A DNA stretch of 64,000 bases from Candidatus Marinacidobacterium sp. GTDB taxonomy: Bacteria > Acidobacteriota > Vicinamibacteria > Marinacidobacterales > Marinacidobacteraceae. The position numbers and the translations under genes are program-made. Position 1 is the first letter of the stretch. Each line of letters opens with the position of its first letter. This document shows, in pieces, positions 9,566 through 20,069 of this stretch. The stretch covers positions 448,001 to 512,000 of the forward strand of contig OZ242011.1 of NCBI GenBank assembly GCA_965204755.1, in the 5' to 3' direction. The notes beneath the pieces are model-generated. The model was not told the DNA's origin. It did not search any database and was given only the letters and a program-made list of their open reading frames with translations.

Positions 9566-11668
9566 TCAGTTGCCGCCCTCGTCGGTTTCGGCGGTGTCCT
9601 CGTCGGTTTCGGATTCCGGGGCGGTCTCCCATTCGTAGTCCAGGCCGCGGACATGGCGTTCGAACCAATCGATCTCCACATTGACCTTGAAGAGTTCGTG
9701 GCGGAGTTCGCGCCAGCCGTGGGGCTCCCTCGGCGCGATGTAGAGGTGCGTGTCCACGCCGTTCGTCTTGAGCGCCCGGTAGAGTTCGACGGACTGCGGC
9801 GGCGGGACTCGGACATCGTTCTCGCCCACGAGGACGATGGTGGGCGTGGTCACCTTGTAGATGTCCTTGAGCGGGGAATGGCCCCAGTAGGTGTCGATCG
9901 GGGCGTCCTCCTGCCAGGGCGTGCCGCCGAACCAGGGCGTGCGGTAGATGCGCACATCGCTCTGGCCGTACATGGAGATCCAGTTCACCGCGCCCGCGCC
10001 GGAACTCGCCGCCTTGAAGCGGTCGGTGTGGGTGATGATCTTGTTCGTCATGTGGCCGCCGCCGCTCCAGCCCATCTTGGCCATGCGGTCGCCGTCGGCG
10101 ATTCCTTCGGCGATCAGGTAGTCCACGCCGGTCATCACATCGAGGTGCGCCTGGTGGAAGTAGTGGCCGACCATGTCCCGGAGGAAGTCGTCGCCGTAGC
10201 CGGTGCTGCCCCGGTAGTTCGGTTTGAAGACCGCGTAGCCCCGCGCCGCCAGCACCTGGACATAACTGCTCCACCGGCCGAAGCCGAACTTGTCCGAAGC
10301 GGCCGGGCCGCCGTGCGTCTGGACGACGATCGGGTACCGCTGCCCTTCCTCGTAGCCGAGCGGCAGGTAGAGGATTCCCTCCACTTCGACGCCGTCTTCG
10401 CCCGGCCAGCGGACCGCCTTCTGGATCGGCAGTTCGAAGGTTTCGTCCAGGTAGTCGAAGACGGAAGTGACCTTGGTCATCCCGCCTCCTTCGGCCGGGA
10501 GGCGGTGGATGTCCCCGGCGTTCTCCCGGGTGTTGACGCCGAAGACATGGGCGCCGGCGGCGGCGCTGAAACTCCAGCCGCCGATGCTGTGGTCGCCGGC
10601 GGTGAGCGCGGTCGGCTCGGCGTCGTCCACGCCGCCGTGGAAGAGTTCCGTCCGGATACCGGTGTTCGCCGTGAAGTAGATGGTTCCGTCCGGCGCCCAG
10701 CGGGCGGAGGTCACTTCGTGCGGCATCGCCTCGTAGAGCATCCGGTGCGGGCCGCCGGCGGCGGGGACGAGGAAGATGTTGTCGTTGAAGTAGGTCTCGA
10801 AGTCGGCGCTCGAATCCGAGAGGAACATCACCGCGCTCCCGTCCGGCGAGATCTCGGCGCCGCGCTCCGCCACCGTGTTGTCGGTGAGTCGGAGCGCGCC
10901 GCTCCCGTCGGCGTCCATGATCCAGACTTCGCCTTCGTCGCGGTTGTCGACCAGCGGGGTCGGCGCGCGCGAGTGCGCGACCCGGGCGCCGTCGGTCGAG
11001 AGGCGGAACTCGAGCACCGAGTAGTCACCTTCGGTGATCCGCTCGGCGGCGCTTTCCGCGCCGGGGCTCGCGGCGATGCGCCACAGGTGGCGCTGCTTGT
11101 AGTCCTCGTCGAAGGCGAAGACATCGTCCTGGAGGTCGTCCTTCTTCTTCTCTTCGGGGGTCTTGGGGTCGGGGGCGATGAAGTAGATCCAGGCGCCGTC
11201 CGGCGAGAAGGCGAACGACGAAACGGAACTCTCGTGCTCGGTGAGCGGCGACGCTTCGCCGCCCCGGTTGCGCATGACGAAGACCTGGGTGAACGGGCTC
11301 TCCCCGCGGCGCGCCAGGAAAGCGACGCGCGAACCGTCCGGCGACCAGCGGGGGCTCGACTCGCCGTGTTCGCCGTTGGTGAGCCGCACATCGCCGCTGC
11401 CGTCGGCTTCGATCCGGTGGATGTGCGTCGTGCGTCCGTTCTTCTTCCAGTCGGTGTCCGACCGGGTGTAGAGCAACTGCGAACCGTCGGGAGACAGCCG
11501 CGGGCTGCCCACGCCGGGGACATCGAGCAACTCCACGATGGTCATCGGACGCTTGGCCTGCGGGGCGGCTAGCGCCGAGGACGCGAGCGGAACGAGCGCG
11601 AACGCCGCTGTCGCGGCGACCGCCGCGCGAGCGGTAAGGGAACGGGAAACGGAACGGAACGGGACCAT
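9566..11668 (-). CDS. S9 family peptidase (dipeptidyl/acylaminoacyl peptidase), secreted
   Basis: WSPDG propeller repeats, HGGP, NYRGSTGYG, GWSGGG nucleophile, D-RVP and EPHG. Confidence 0.9.
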   Translation of the reverse strand: MVPFRSVSRSLTARAAVAATAAFALVPLASSALAAPQAKRPMTIVELLDVPGVGSPRLSPDGSQLLYTRSDTDWKKNGRTTHIHRIEADGSGDVRLTNGEHGESSPRWSPDGSRVAFLARRGESPFTQVFVMRNRGGEASPLTEHESSVSSFAFSPDGAWIYFIAPDPKTPEEKKKDDLQDDVFAFDEDYKQRHLWRIAASPGAESAAERITEGDYSVLEFRLSTDGARVAHSRAPTPLVDNRDEGEVWIMDADGSGALRLTDNTVAERGAEISPDGSAVMFLSDSSADFETYFNDNIFLVPAAGGPHRMLYEAMPHEVTSARWAPDGTIYFTANTGIRTELFHGGVDDAEPTALTAGDHSIGGWSFSAAAGAHVFGVNTRENAGDIHRLPAEGGGMTKVTSVFDYLDETFELPIQKAVRWPGEDGVEVEGILYLPLGYEEGQRYPIVVQTHGGPAASDKFGFGRWSSYVQVLAARGYAVFKPNYRGSTGYGDDFLRDMVGHYFHQAHLDVMTGVDYLIAEGIADGDRMAKMGWSGGGHMTNKIITHTDRFKAASSGAGAVNWISMYGQSDVRIYRTPWFGGTPWQEDAPIDTYWGHSPLKDIYKVTTPTIVLVGENDVRVPPPQSVELYRALKTNGVDTHLYIAPREPHGWRELRHELFKVNVEIDWFERHVRGLDYEWETAPESETDEDTAETDEGGN

Positions 11669-11758
11669 GGAAAAGCCCTCCTTCGGTGCGGATTCTCCCG
11701 CGCCGGGCGCGGCGCTTCAACCGCGCGCCGCTAGAATCGCCGAAACGGGCGGGGCCGG

Positions 11759-12817
11759 ATGCGAGTCGGAATCACGGGCGCGACCGGGCTCGTCGGGCGC
11801 GCGCTGATCCGCGAGTTGCTGGGCGCCGGGGCGGAAGACGCCGGCGCGGAAGGCGCCGGCGCGAAGGACGTCGGCGGGACGCCCGCCGGGTGGCGCGTCA
11901 CCGCCCTGACCCGGAGCGACGCCCGCCCGGCCGGATTGCCCGCCGAAGTCGAGACCGCGCGCTGGGATCCGCTCGGCGGCCCTCTCGGCGGCGCTGACGC
12001 CTCGCTCGACCGCGCCCTCGGCGAACTGGACGCGGTCGTCCACCTGGCCGGCGAACCAGTCGGCAAGCGCTGGACTGAGGAGCGGAAGCGCCGGATCCGC
12101 GAGAGCAGGCTCCGGGGGACGGCGACCCTAGTCGCCGCGCTCGGGCGCGCCCGGACCGGAACGGGCTCCGGCGGGTCGGACTCCGGCGGGTCGGACTCCC
12201 CCGGCGGCGAGAACGGCGGCCCTTCGCGGCTGCTCGCCGCCTCCGCCGTCGGCTACTACGGCGCCCGGGGGGACGAGGAACTCGACGAAGACGCCGCGCC
12301 CGGCGAAGGGTTCCTGACCGAGGTCTGCCTCGCCTGGGAGGCGGAGACCGCCGCCGCCCGTGAACACGGCGTGGAGACGGCGTCGCTCCGGCTGGGACTG
12401 GTGCTCGCCCCGGACGGCGGCGCGCTGGCGCGGATGCTGCCGCCCTTCCGGTTCGGCCTCGGCGGACGGCTCGGCGACGGCCGCCAGCGGATGCCCTGGA
12501 TCCACCTCGAGGATGTGGCCCGCGCCTTCCGCTTCCTGCTCGAAGCGCCCGCCGGTTCGCTCGCCCCGACCTACAACCTGACCGCGCCGGCGCCGGCGAC
12601 GAACGCGGAGTTCACCCGCGCCCTCGGCCGGGCGCTCCGCCGGCCCACGCCGTTCCCGGCGCCGGGCTTCGCGCTGCGCCTCGCCCTCGGCGAGATGGCT
12701 GACGCGCTCCTGCTCAGCGGACAACGGGCCGTCCCGAAGCGACTCCTCGACTCCGGTTTCGACTTCCGCCACCGATCCCTCGACGCCGCCCTCGAGAGCC
12801 TGCTCGGCCGGCGCTGA
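11759..12817 (+). CDS. TIGR01777 family NAD-dependent epimerase/oxidoreductase
   Basis: TGATGLVG, VVHLAGE, SAVGYYG, G..GDGRQRMPWIH. Confidence 0.9.
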   Translation: MRVGITGATGLVGRALIRELLGAGAEDAGAEGAGAKDVGGTPAGWRVTALTRSDARPAGLPAEVETARWDPLGGPLGGADASLDRALGELDAVVHLAGEPVGKRWTEERKRRIRESRLRGTATLVAALGRARTGTGSGGSDSGGSDSPGGENGGPSRLLAASAVGYYGARGDEELDEDAAPGEGFLTEVCLAWEAETAAAREHGVETASLRLGLVLAPDGGALARMLPPFRFGLGGRLGDGRQRMPWIHLEDVARAFRFLLEAPAGSLAPTYNLTAPAPATNAEFTRALGRALRRPTPFPAPGFALRLALGEMADALLLSGQRAVPKRLLDSGFDFRHRSLDAALESLLGRR

Positions 12818-12839
12818 CCCGGCCCGTCCGACCCGCCCG

Positions 12840-15194
12840 TTGCCGAAGCGACGCGCCCCGGCGGCCGGCCGGAAGAAACTCTCCCGCCGCCGACGGGCCG
12901 GGGGCGGCGGGCGCGCCCTGGCGCGCGGCATCCTGCTCGGCGCGCTGTTCACCGGCGCGGCGGTCACCGGCGTGATCCTCGGCCTGCTCGCCGCCTACCA
13001 GAGCGATGTGGGGGTCATCGAGCGGATCGAACAGGCCCTCGACCGCGAGGGCGCCACCACCTTCGTCTACGACCGCCACGGGACGGAGATCGGGCAGTTC
13101 CGCAGCGAGGACCAGCGCCGGATCGTCCTCGAATACGAGGCGCTGCCGAAACACCTGCGCGACGCGCTGGTCGCCTCCGAGGACAAGCGGTTCTGGGCGC
13201 ACCACGGGTTCGACCCGATCGGGATCGTCCGCGCCGCCTGGCGGAACTTCCGATCCGGGCGGACGGTGCAGGGCGCGAGCACGATCACCCAGCAGGTGGC
13301 CCGCGAACTGTTCGACGAACGCGCCCCGACCATCGAACGCAAGATCCGCGAAGCCATCACCGCCGCCGAGATCGAGCGGGCGTACACCAAGCAGGAGATC
13401 CTCACCCACTACGCCAACCTGGTCCACCTCGGCAACAGCAACGACGGGGTGGGCGCGGCGGCGGCCGACTACTTCGACAAGAGCGCCTCCGAACTCACCG
13501 TGGGCGAGGCGGCGATGCTGGTCGGCATCGCCCCGAACCCCGCCCGCTACAACCCGTTCCGCAGCGTGGAGGAAGCCGCGCGGCAGCGCGACCGGGTGGT
13601 CGGCCGCATGTTGGCCGAGGACTTCCTGACCGAGGAAGAGGCGGAAGCGGCCCGCTCCGAGCCGGTGCGCCTACGCCCCCGGGGAGGCAACCGGCTGGGC
13701 GCGCATTTCCTGGAGATGGTGCGGCTGCGCCTCCGGCGGGACTACGGCGGGGCGCGGACCCGGGAAGGCGGCCTCCGGGTGTACACCACGCTCGACGCCG
13801 GGATGCAGGACTCCGCCGAGCGGGCGGTGGCGCGGGCGCTCCGGGCCCACGACAAGCGGCGCGGGTTCCGGGGATTCGAGCGCAACCTGCTCGACGAAGG
13901 GCTCGCGATCGAGGACTTCGCCACCGGTTCGCGGGGAGCGCCGGCGGCGCCGGGGGCCATCCTCCCCGGCGTCGTAACCGAAGCCGGCCGCCATCCGCGG
14001 GTCCGCATCGGCGGGCGGACCGCCTGCGTGGACGCCGGCTCGCTGGCGTGGACCCACCGGCCCGCGGAGCGCCTGTTCCGGGTCGGCGATGTGAGCCCCT
14101 TCCGCATCCTGTCGCCGGACGACGAGACTTCCTCCCTGCCCCCGGAGTGCGGACTCCTGTGGAAGGTCGCGCTCGAACAGGAGCCGCAGGCGGAGGGCGC
14201 CTTCGTCGCGCTCGAGACCGGCACCGGGGCGCTCCGGGCGCTGGTCGGCGGCTTCGACTTCGACCGGAGCGAGTTCAACCGGGCGACGCAGGCCCGCCGC
14301 CAGGCCGGCTCCTCGTTCAAGCCGTTCGCCTACGGGGCGGCGCTGGCCAGCGGCCGGTTCTCGACCGCGTCGCTGCTCTTCGACCAGCCGTTCTCCTACA
14401 CCGACCCGGTGACCCGGGCGGTGTACGAGCCCCACAACTACGACGAGGAGCACCTCGGCTGGATCACGCTGCGCCGGGCGTTCGAGGGGTCGCGGAATGT
14501 GCCGGCGGTGCGGATGGTCCACGAACTCGGCCCGGAGCGGGTCGCCGAGTTCGCGAAGCGCCTCGGCATCTCCGGCGACCTGCTCCCGGTGCTCTCCATC
14601 ACCCTCGGGGCCGCCGATGTCTCGCTCCAGGAGATGGTCTCCGCGTACGGCGCGTTCCCGAACCAGGGCGTGCGCATGAAGCCCTACTTCATCACCCGGA
14701 TCACCGACCGGGAGGGCCGCGAACTCGAAGCGTTCCACCCCGAGACCGCTTCGGTGATCCGCGCCGACCTGGCCTATGTCCTGACGCACCTGCTCGAGGG
14801 CGTGGTGCAGCGGGGCACGGCGGTGTCCGCCCGGCGGCTGGGACGGCCCATCGCCGGGAAGACCGGCACCACGAACGACTTCACCGACGCCTGGTTCATC
14901 GGGTTCGACACCGAGTTGGCGGCGGGCGTCTGGGTCGGGCACGACCAGCCGAGCCTCACCCTCGGCGACAAGGAGAGCGGCGCCCGGGTGGCGCTCCCGG
15001 CCTGGACCTGGTTCATGGAGGAAGCGCGCGCCGGGGCGCCGGCGACCCCGTTCCCGGCGCCGCGCAATGTGGCGCTCGTCCCCGTGGACCTCGAGAGCGG
15101 CCAGCCGGCCCCCGCCGGCCCGAACACCATCCTGGAAGCGTTCCTCCCCGGCACCGAGCCCGCCACCGGCGGCAACAACGACGACGACCGGTAA
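12840..15194 (+). CDS. Penicillin-binding protein 1A (transglycosylase/transpeptidase)
   Basis: EDKRF..HHGFD, GASTITQQ, RKIRE, SSFK, SRN and KTGTTN. Confidence 0.92.
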   Translation: MPKRRAPAAGRKKLSRRRRAGGGGRALARGILLGALFTGAAVTGVILGLLAAYQSDVGVIERIEQALDREGATTFVYDRHGTEIGQFRSEDQRRIVLEYEALPKHLRDALVASEDKRFWAHHGFDPIGIVRAAWRNFRSGRTVQGASTITQQVARELFDERAPTIERKIREAITAAEIERAYTKQEILTHYANLVHLGNSNDGVGAAAADYFDKSASELTVGEAAMLVGIAPNPARYNPFRSVEEAARQRDRVVGRMLAEDFLTEEEAEAARSEPVRLRPRGGNRLGAHFLEMVRLRLRRDYGGARTREGGLRVYTTLDAGMQDSAERAVARALRAHDKRRGFRGFERNLLDEGLAIEDFATGSRGAPAAPGAILPGVVTEAGRHPRVRIGGRTACVDAGSLAWTHRPAERLFRVGDVSPFRILSPDDETSSLPPECGLLWKVALEQEPQAEGAFVALETGTGALRALVGGFDFDRSEFNRATQARRQAGSSFKPFAYGAALASGRFSTASLLFDQPFSYTDPVTRAVYEPHNYDEEHLGWITLRRAFEGSRNVPAVRMVHELGPERVAEFAKRLGISGDLLPVLSITLGAADVSLQEMVSAYGAFPNQGVRMKPYFITRITDREGRELEAFHPETASVIRADLAYVLTHLLEGVVQRGTAVSARRLGRPIAGKTGTTNDFTDAWFIGFDTELAAGVWVGHDQPSLTLGDKESGARVALPAWTWFMEEARAGAPATPFPAPRNVALVPVDLESGQPAPAGPNTILEAFLPGTEPATGGNNDDDR

Positions 15195-15242
15195 CCGCCG
15201 CCCCGCCGGACGCCGCCCCGCTCCCCCCATCGAAAGGGCCCC

Positions 15243-15860
15243 ATGAACAAACGAACCGTCCTGCTCGGCTGCGGCGGCGCGCTGGCCGCGCTGCTGGTGG
15301 TCGGCGCCGTCCTGTTCTCTTCGCTGACCTCGACCTACAACTCGCTGGTGACGCTCGACGAAGCGGTGAAGGCCGGCTGGTCGCAGGTCGAGAATGTGTA
15401 CCAGCGCCGCTCCGACCTGATCCCGAACCTGGTGAACACCGTCCAAGGCGCCGCCGACTTCGAGCGGGAGACGCTCGAGGCGGTGGTCAGCGCCCGGTCG
15501 CGGGCCACCGGGGTGCAGGTCTCGGCGGCGGACTTGAACGACCCGCAGGCGCTCGCCCGGTTCCAGGCGGCGCAGGGCGCGCTCTCCGGGGCGCTCTCCC
15601 GGCTCATGGTCGTCGTCGAGCGGTACCCGGACATCAAGGCCAACCAGAACTTCCTGAGCCTCCAGGACGAGTTGGCGGGGACGGAGAACCGGATCGCCGT
15701 GGAGCGCCGCCGGTTCAACGAGGCCGCGCAGGCCTACAACACCCGGCGGCGCCGGTTCTTCGCCCGGATCGTGGCCGGGTGGTTCGACTTCGGGGAGGCG
15801 GCCTACTTCGAGGCCGAGGAAGGCGCGGAGGCGCCGCCGGAAGTGGACTTCTCCCGTTGA
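15243..15860 (+). CDS. lemA: LemA family protein
   Basis: QRRSDLIPNLV, ERYPDIKANQNF, LAGTENRI. Confidence 0.92.
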   Translation: MNKRTVLLGCGGALAALLVVGAVLFSSLTSTYNSLVTLDEAVKAGWSQVENVYQRRSDLIPNLVNTVQGAADFERETLEAVVSARSRATGVQVSAADLNDPQALARFQAAQGALSGALSRLMVVVERYPDIKANQNFLSLQDELAGTENRIAVERRRFNEAAQAYNTRRRRFFARIVAGWFDFGEAAYFEAEEGAEAPPEVDFSR

Positions 15861-16792
15861 GGACCCGCCTCCCGGCGGGGCTGCGCCCGCCGCTCCTCGC
15901 CGCGCCGGCGCTGATCCTGGCGGCCGCCGCTCCGCCCGCCGCCCAGGAGCCGGGCCCGGAGACCGCGTTCCCCGAACTCACCGGGCGGGTGGTGGACTCC
16001 GCCGGCATCCTCTCTCCCGAGGACCGGGCCTCGCTGGAAGCGACCCTCGCGCAGTTGGAGCGGGACACCACCGTCCAGGTCGTGGTCGCCAGCGTGCCCC
16101 GGATCGAAGGCGCCATCGAGGACTACTCGCTGCGGCTCGCCGAGCACTGGGGGATCGGGCAGGCCGAGACCGACAACGGGGCGCTCGTCCTCGTCTCGAT
16201 CGAGGATCGGCGGGCGCGGATCGAGGTCGGCTACGGGCTCGAAGGGGCGATCCCGGACGGGCTGGCCGGCCGCATCATCCGGAACGAACTGGCGCCCCGC
16301 TTCGCCTCCGGCGAGTACGCCTCCGGCCTCGCCGCGACGGCCCTGGCGCTCGGCCAGGCCGCGCGCGGCGAGTACCGCGCCGCCGCCGCTCCGGCGGGCC
16401 CGGGCGCCCAAGGCCGGCGCGGAAACCGTTCGCGCGCCTGGCCGCTGCTCTTCTTCGGCGCCTTCATCGTCCTGCAGTTGCTCGGCTATGTCGGGAACGC
16501 CTTCCATCCGGCGGGGGCGGCGGCGCTCGGCGGCGGGTTGGCGGCGCTGCTCGGCCTCCTGCTGCTCGGCGGGCTGGCCTCGCTCTGGCTGGCGCCGGTC
16601 GGACTCCTCGCCGGATTCGGCGCCACCGCCTTCACCCGCGCCACCGCCGGGCGGGCCTCCGGCTGGGGCTACGCCGGCGTGCCGGGGGGCGGCGGCGTGG
16701 CCTTCCGCGGCGGAGGCTTCGGGGGCGGCTTCTCCGGTTTCGCCGGGGGCGGCGGCGGTTTCGGCGGCGGCGGCGCCAGCGGGAGTTGGTGA
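15857..16792 (+). CDS. TPM domain membrane protein (YgcG-like) with Gly-rich tail
   Basis: GRVVD, IEVGYGLEGAIPD and C-terminal GGGGFGGGGASGSW. TTG start inferred, overlapping the lemA stop. Confidence 0.85.
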   Translation: MRTRLPAGLRPPLLAAPALILAAAAPPAAQEPGPETAFPELTGRVVDSAGILSPEDRASLEATLAQLERDTTVQVVVASVPRIEGAIEDYSLRLAEHWGIGQAETDNGALVLVSIEDRRARIEVGYGLEGAIPDGLAGRIIRNELAPRFASGEYASGLAATALALGQAARGEYRAAAAPAGPGAQGRRGNRSRAWPLLFFGAFIVLQLLGYVGNAFHPAGAAALGGGLAALLGLLLLGGLASLWLAPVGLLAGFGATAFTRATAGRASGWGYAGVPGGGGVAFRGGGFGGGFSGFAGGGGGFGGGGASGSW

Positions 16793-16826
16793 GGCCCATG
16801 ACCGCAACCGAACGGAATCCCTCCCG

Positions 16827-17279
16827 ATGAGGGTCCCGCGCGCGCTCCGGGCGCACCTCTCCGAAGAAGACCTCGACCGCATCGCCGCCGCCATCGGCGA
16901 AGCGGAGCGGGAGACCTCGGGCGAACTCCGGGTCCATGTGGTCGCGCGCCTCCTGCCCTTCGAGAAGCCGCGCCGCCGGGCGATCCGCGAGTTCTTCTCG
17001 CTGGGCGTGGACCGGACGAAGGACGGCTCCGGGGTCCTGCTGTTCCTCGCGGTGAAGTCCGGCCGGTTCGAGATCGTGGCCGACCGGGCGATCGACGAAA
17101 AGGTGGGAACCGACGCCTGGAACGGGATCGCCGCCGAGATCACCGAGCACATCCGGGAGAACGGGATCGCCGACGGCCTCGAACACGGCGTCCGCCGGAT
17201 CGGCGCCTTCCTGAAGTCCCACTTCCCGATCCAGCCGGACGATGTGAACGAACTCCCGGACGAAGTGACCTTCGGGTGA
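16827..17279 (+). CDS. TPM domain protein (DUF477-like)
   Basis: AERETSGELRV, GVLLFLA and NELPD; usual third gene of the lemA-TPM-TPM cluster. Confidence 0.85.
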   Translation: MRVPRALRAHLSEEDLDRIAAAIGEAERETSGELRVHVVARLLPFEKPRRRAIREFFSLGVDRTKDGSGVLLFLAVKSGRFEIVADRAIDEKVGTDAWNGIAAEITEHIRENGIADGLEHGVRRIGAFLKSHFPIQPDDVNELPDEVTFG

Positions 17280-17290
17280 TCCCCGGAGGA

Positions 17291-17386
17291 TCTGCGGGAG
17301 ACCGACTCAACCATGAACGAATCGCACGGCGCGCAAATCGTTGCTTCCCATGACCTTTCCAGTTATCTGACCGGCGACGGCTCAAC
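17291..17386. promoter_or_regulatory. Two HAIR-like (HspR-type) operator candidates upstream of lon
   Basis: TCTGCGG-N7-ACTCAAC (17291-17311) and TCTGACC-N7-GCTCAAC (17366-17386) vs consensus CTTGAGT-N7-ACTCAAG. Only the right halves match well. Confidence 0.35.
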
Positions 17387-17493
17387 TTCCGGCGGGCCGG
17401 GCGCGGCTCCCGCCCTCCGCCGGCCGGCGGCGCGGCTACTATCCCCGCTGCCCGCCGGCCCCTCCCCGGGCGGGAAGGAGCGTTCCGCGTCCC

Positions 17494-20025
17494 ATGTCTG
17501 AAGCCAGCGACCCCAAGAAGAAAGCAGCGAAGGGGAAGTCCTCCGGGAGCGGCGCCGTGAGCGCCCCGGTCACGGAGAGCGACTCGCCGCACGGGCAGGT
17601 GCACCGGATGGTGCCGGTGTTGCCGCTCCGGGACATCGTCGTCTTCCCGCACTCCTTCCTGCCGCTCTCGGTGGGCCGGAAGAGCACGCTCCGGATGCTC
17701 CGGGACGCCACCAAGGAAGCGTCCGACGCCGCCGGCGGGGGCTCGAACCCGCGGGTGATGCTGGCCGTCCTGACCCAGAAGGACGACTCGGTGGACCAGC
17801 CGGGCGAGGAGGACCTCTACCAGGTCGGCACCGCGGCGCGGCTGGAGAAGCAGGTGAAGATGCGCGAGGGCACGGTGCGCATCGTGATCCGGGGCAGTTT
17901 CCGCTTCCGGGTCGAGCGGATCGTCCAGACCGAGCCCTATGTGCGGGCGGACATCCGGGTGCTCGACGGCACCGTCGGCGCGAACAAGTCCGTGGAGTTC
18001 GAGGCGCTCACCCGGAAGATCCGGGAAGAGTTGCAGGAGATGATCAAGACCGACCTGTTCCCCCGGGCGCGGGAGGTCATGAAGACCAACCTGGCGCGGG
18101 TGGGGAGCGCCGGCCAACTCGCCGACTTCGTCGCCGAGCAACTCCCCAGCCTGAGCACCGAGATGCGCCAGGAAGTGCTCCAGACGCTCTCCATCGAGGA
18201 GCGGCTGGGCCTCGCCTACGCCGCGATCCTCCGCGAAAAGCAGGTGCGCGATCTGGGCCGGAGCATCGAGTCCAAGGTCAAGAGCGAGGTGGGGCGTTCG
18301 CAGCGCGAGTTCTTCCTGCGCGAGCAGATGAAGGCCATCCAGAAGGAACTCGGCGAAGGCGAAGACACCTCCCGCGAACTCGACGAGTTGCGGGAGAAGA
18401 TCGAGAAGGCGGGGATGCCGGAGGAAGCGGAGAAGGAAGCCCTCCGCGAATTCCGCCGCCTGGGGCGGATCCCCTCCGCCTCCGCGGAGTACACCGTCGG
18501 GCGCACCTACCTCGACTGGCTGGTGCGGGTCCCCTGGGACAAGCGCACCGAGGACAAGTACGACATCCCCCGCGCCAAGGAGATCCTCGAAGCCGACCAC
18601 TACGACCTGGAGAAGGTCAAGGACCGGATTCTGGAGTTCCTCGCGGTGCGGGAGCGGAAGCCCGACCAGAAGGGCCCGATCCTCTGCTTCGCCGGGCCGC
18701 CCGGCGTGGGCAAGACCAGCCTCGGGAAGTCCATCGCCTCCGCGGTGGGGCGGGAGTTCGTGCGGCTGAGCCTCGGCGGCATCCGGGACGAAGCGGAGAT
18801 CCGCGGGCACCGGCGCACCTACATCGGGGCGCTCCCCGGCCAGATCATCCAGGGGCTGGTGCGCGCCGGCACCAGGAACCCGGTGTTCATGCTCGACGAG
18901 GTGGACAAACTGGGGATGGACTTCCGCGGCGACCCGAGTTCCGCGCTGCTCGAAGTGCTCGACCCGGAGCAGAACGACAGTTTCCGCGACCACTACCTCG
19001 ACCTGGCGTTCGACCTCTCCGATGTCCTGTTCATCGCCACCGCGAACATGGTGGACCCGATCCCGCCGGCGCTGAAGGACCGGATGGAAGTCCTGCACCT
19101 GCAGGGCTACACCGAGGAGGAGAAGATCCAGATCGCGGTCCGCCACATCATCCCCCGGCAACTCGAGAACCACGGCGTCGAGGAAGACGAAGTGGCGCCG
19201 GCGTTCGAACGGGACGCGATCGCGCTCATCATCCGCGACTACACCCGCGAGGCGGGGCTGCGGAACATGGAGCGGTCCATCGCCAAGATCTGCCGGAAAG
19301 CGGTCCGCAAACTGGCGGAGGGGGAGAAGGGGCCGCTCCGCGTGACCCCGGAAGTGGTCAGCGACCTGCTCGGGGCGCCGACTTCGCTCTCCCGCGAGTT
19401 GGCGCAGCGCGTCAGCGTGCCCGGGGTGGCGGTCGGGCTGGCCTGGACGCCGGTGGGGGGCGACCTGCTCTTCGCCGAAGTCTCCCGGATGAAGGGCAAC
19501 AACCGGCTGACGCTGACCGGTCAACTCGGGGAGGTCATGAAGGAGTCCGCCGCCGCCGCGCTCTCCTGGGTGCGGCGGAACGGCCCCGCCTACGGGCTCT
19601 CCGGGGACTTCTACCGGAAGTCGGACATCCACTTCCATGTGCCGGAGGGCGCGACGCCCAAGGACGGCCCCTCCGCCGGGATCACCCTGGTGGCGGCGCT
19701 GGTGTCGGTGATCGCCGGCGTCAACTGCCGGCCGGAACTGGCGATGTCCGGGGAGATCACCCTCACCGGGCATGTGCTGCCGGTGGGCGGGATCAAGGAG
19801 AAACTCCTCGCCGCGCACCGCTACGGCATCCGGGAAGTGATCCTGCCCCGGCTGAACGAGCCGACCTTCCTCGAGGATGTGCCCGACGAGATCCGGGACG
19901 ACCTGCAGGTGCACTTCGTCGCGAACCTGGACGAGGCGCTGGCGATCATCTTCCCGACGCTCTCGCCGGCGGCGCGCGCGTCGCTGGAAGGCGCCGCCGG
20001 GGATTCGGACCGGGCGATCCACTGA
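17494..20025 (+). CDS. lon: Lon ATP-dependent protease
   Basis: GPPGVGKTS, RGHRRTYIGA, LDEVDK, PKDGPSAG, GGIKEK. Confidence 0.97.
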   Translation: MSEASDPKKKAAKGKSSGSGAVSAPVTESDSPHGQVHRMVPVLPLRDIVVFPHSFLPLSVGRKSTLRMLRDATKEASDAAGGGSNPRVMLAVLTQKDDSVDQPGEEDLYQVGTAARLEKQVKMREGTVRIVIRGSFRFRVERIVQTEPYVRADIRVLDGTVGANKSVEFEALTRKIREELQEMIKTDLFPRAREVMKTNLARVGSAGQLADFVAEQLPSLSTEMRQEVLQTLSIEERLGLAYAAILREKQVRDLGRSIESKVKSEVGRSQREFFLREQMKAIQKELGEGEDTSRELDELREKIEKAGMPEEAEKEALREFRRLGRIPSASAEYTVGRTYLDWLVRVPWDKRTEDKYDIPRAKEILEADHYDLEKVKDRILEFLAVRERKPDQKGPILCFAGPPGVGKTSLGKSIASAVGREFVRLSLGGIRDEAEIRGHRRTYIGALPGQIIQGLVRAGTRNPVFMLDEVDKLGMDFRGDPSSALLEVLDPEQNDSFRDHYLDLAFDLSDVLFIATANMVDPIPPALKDRMEVLHLQGYTEEEKIQIAVRHIIPRQLENHGVEEDEVAPAFERDAIALIIRDYTREAGLRNMERSIAKICRKAVRKLAEGEKGPLRVTPEVVSDLLGAPTSLSRELAQRVSVPGVAVGLAWTPVGGDLLFAEVSRMKGNNRLTLTGQLGEVMKESAAAALSWVRRNGPAYGLSGDFYRKSDIHFHVPEGATPKDGPSAGITLVAALVSVIAGVNCRPELAMSGEITLTGHVLPVGGIKEKLLAAHRYGIREVILPRLNEPTFLEDVPDEIRDDLQVHFVANLDEALAIIFPTLSPAARASLEGAAGDSDRAIH

Positions 20026-20032
20026 CCGCGGC

Positions 20033-20055
20033 GGGGCCGCCGGGCGGGCGGCCCC
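20033..20055. terminator. GC hairpin between convergent lon and tsaC
   Basis: GGGGCCGCC-gggcg-GGCGGCCCC, with no strong U-tract. Confidence 0.4.
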
Positions 20056-20069
20056 CCCTTCCGGCGAGG

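Noticed and set aside
11821-12220. Short Gly/Ala/Ser repeats in the TIGR01777 gene (and similar ones in ribE and ribD)
   Set aside because: In-frame low-complexity loop insertions with no evident function.
14048-16792. 914-aa ORF as a single fusion protein
   Set aside because: Only the part from about 15857 is TPM-like; the rest overlaps PBP1A and lemA out of frame.
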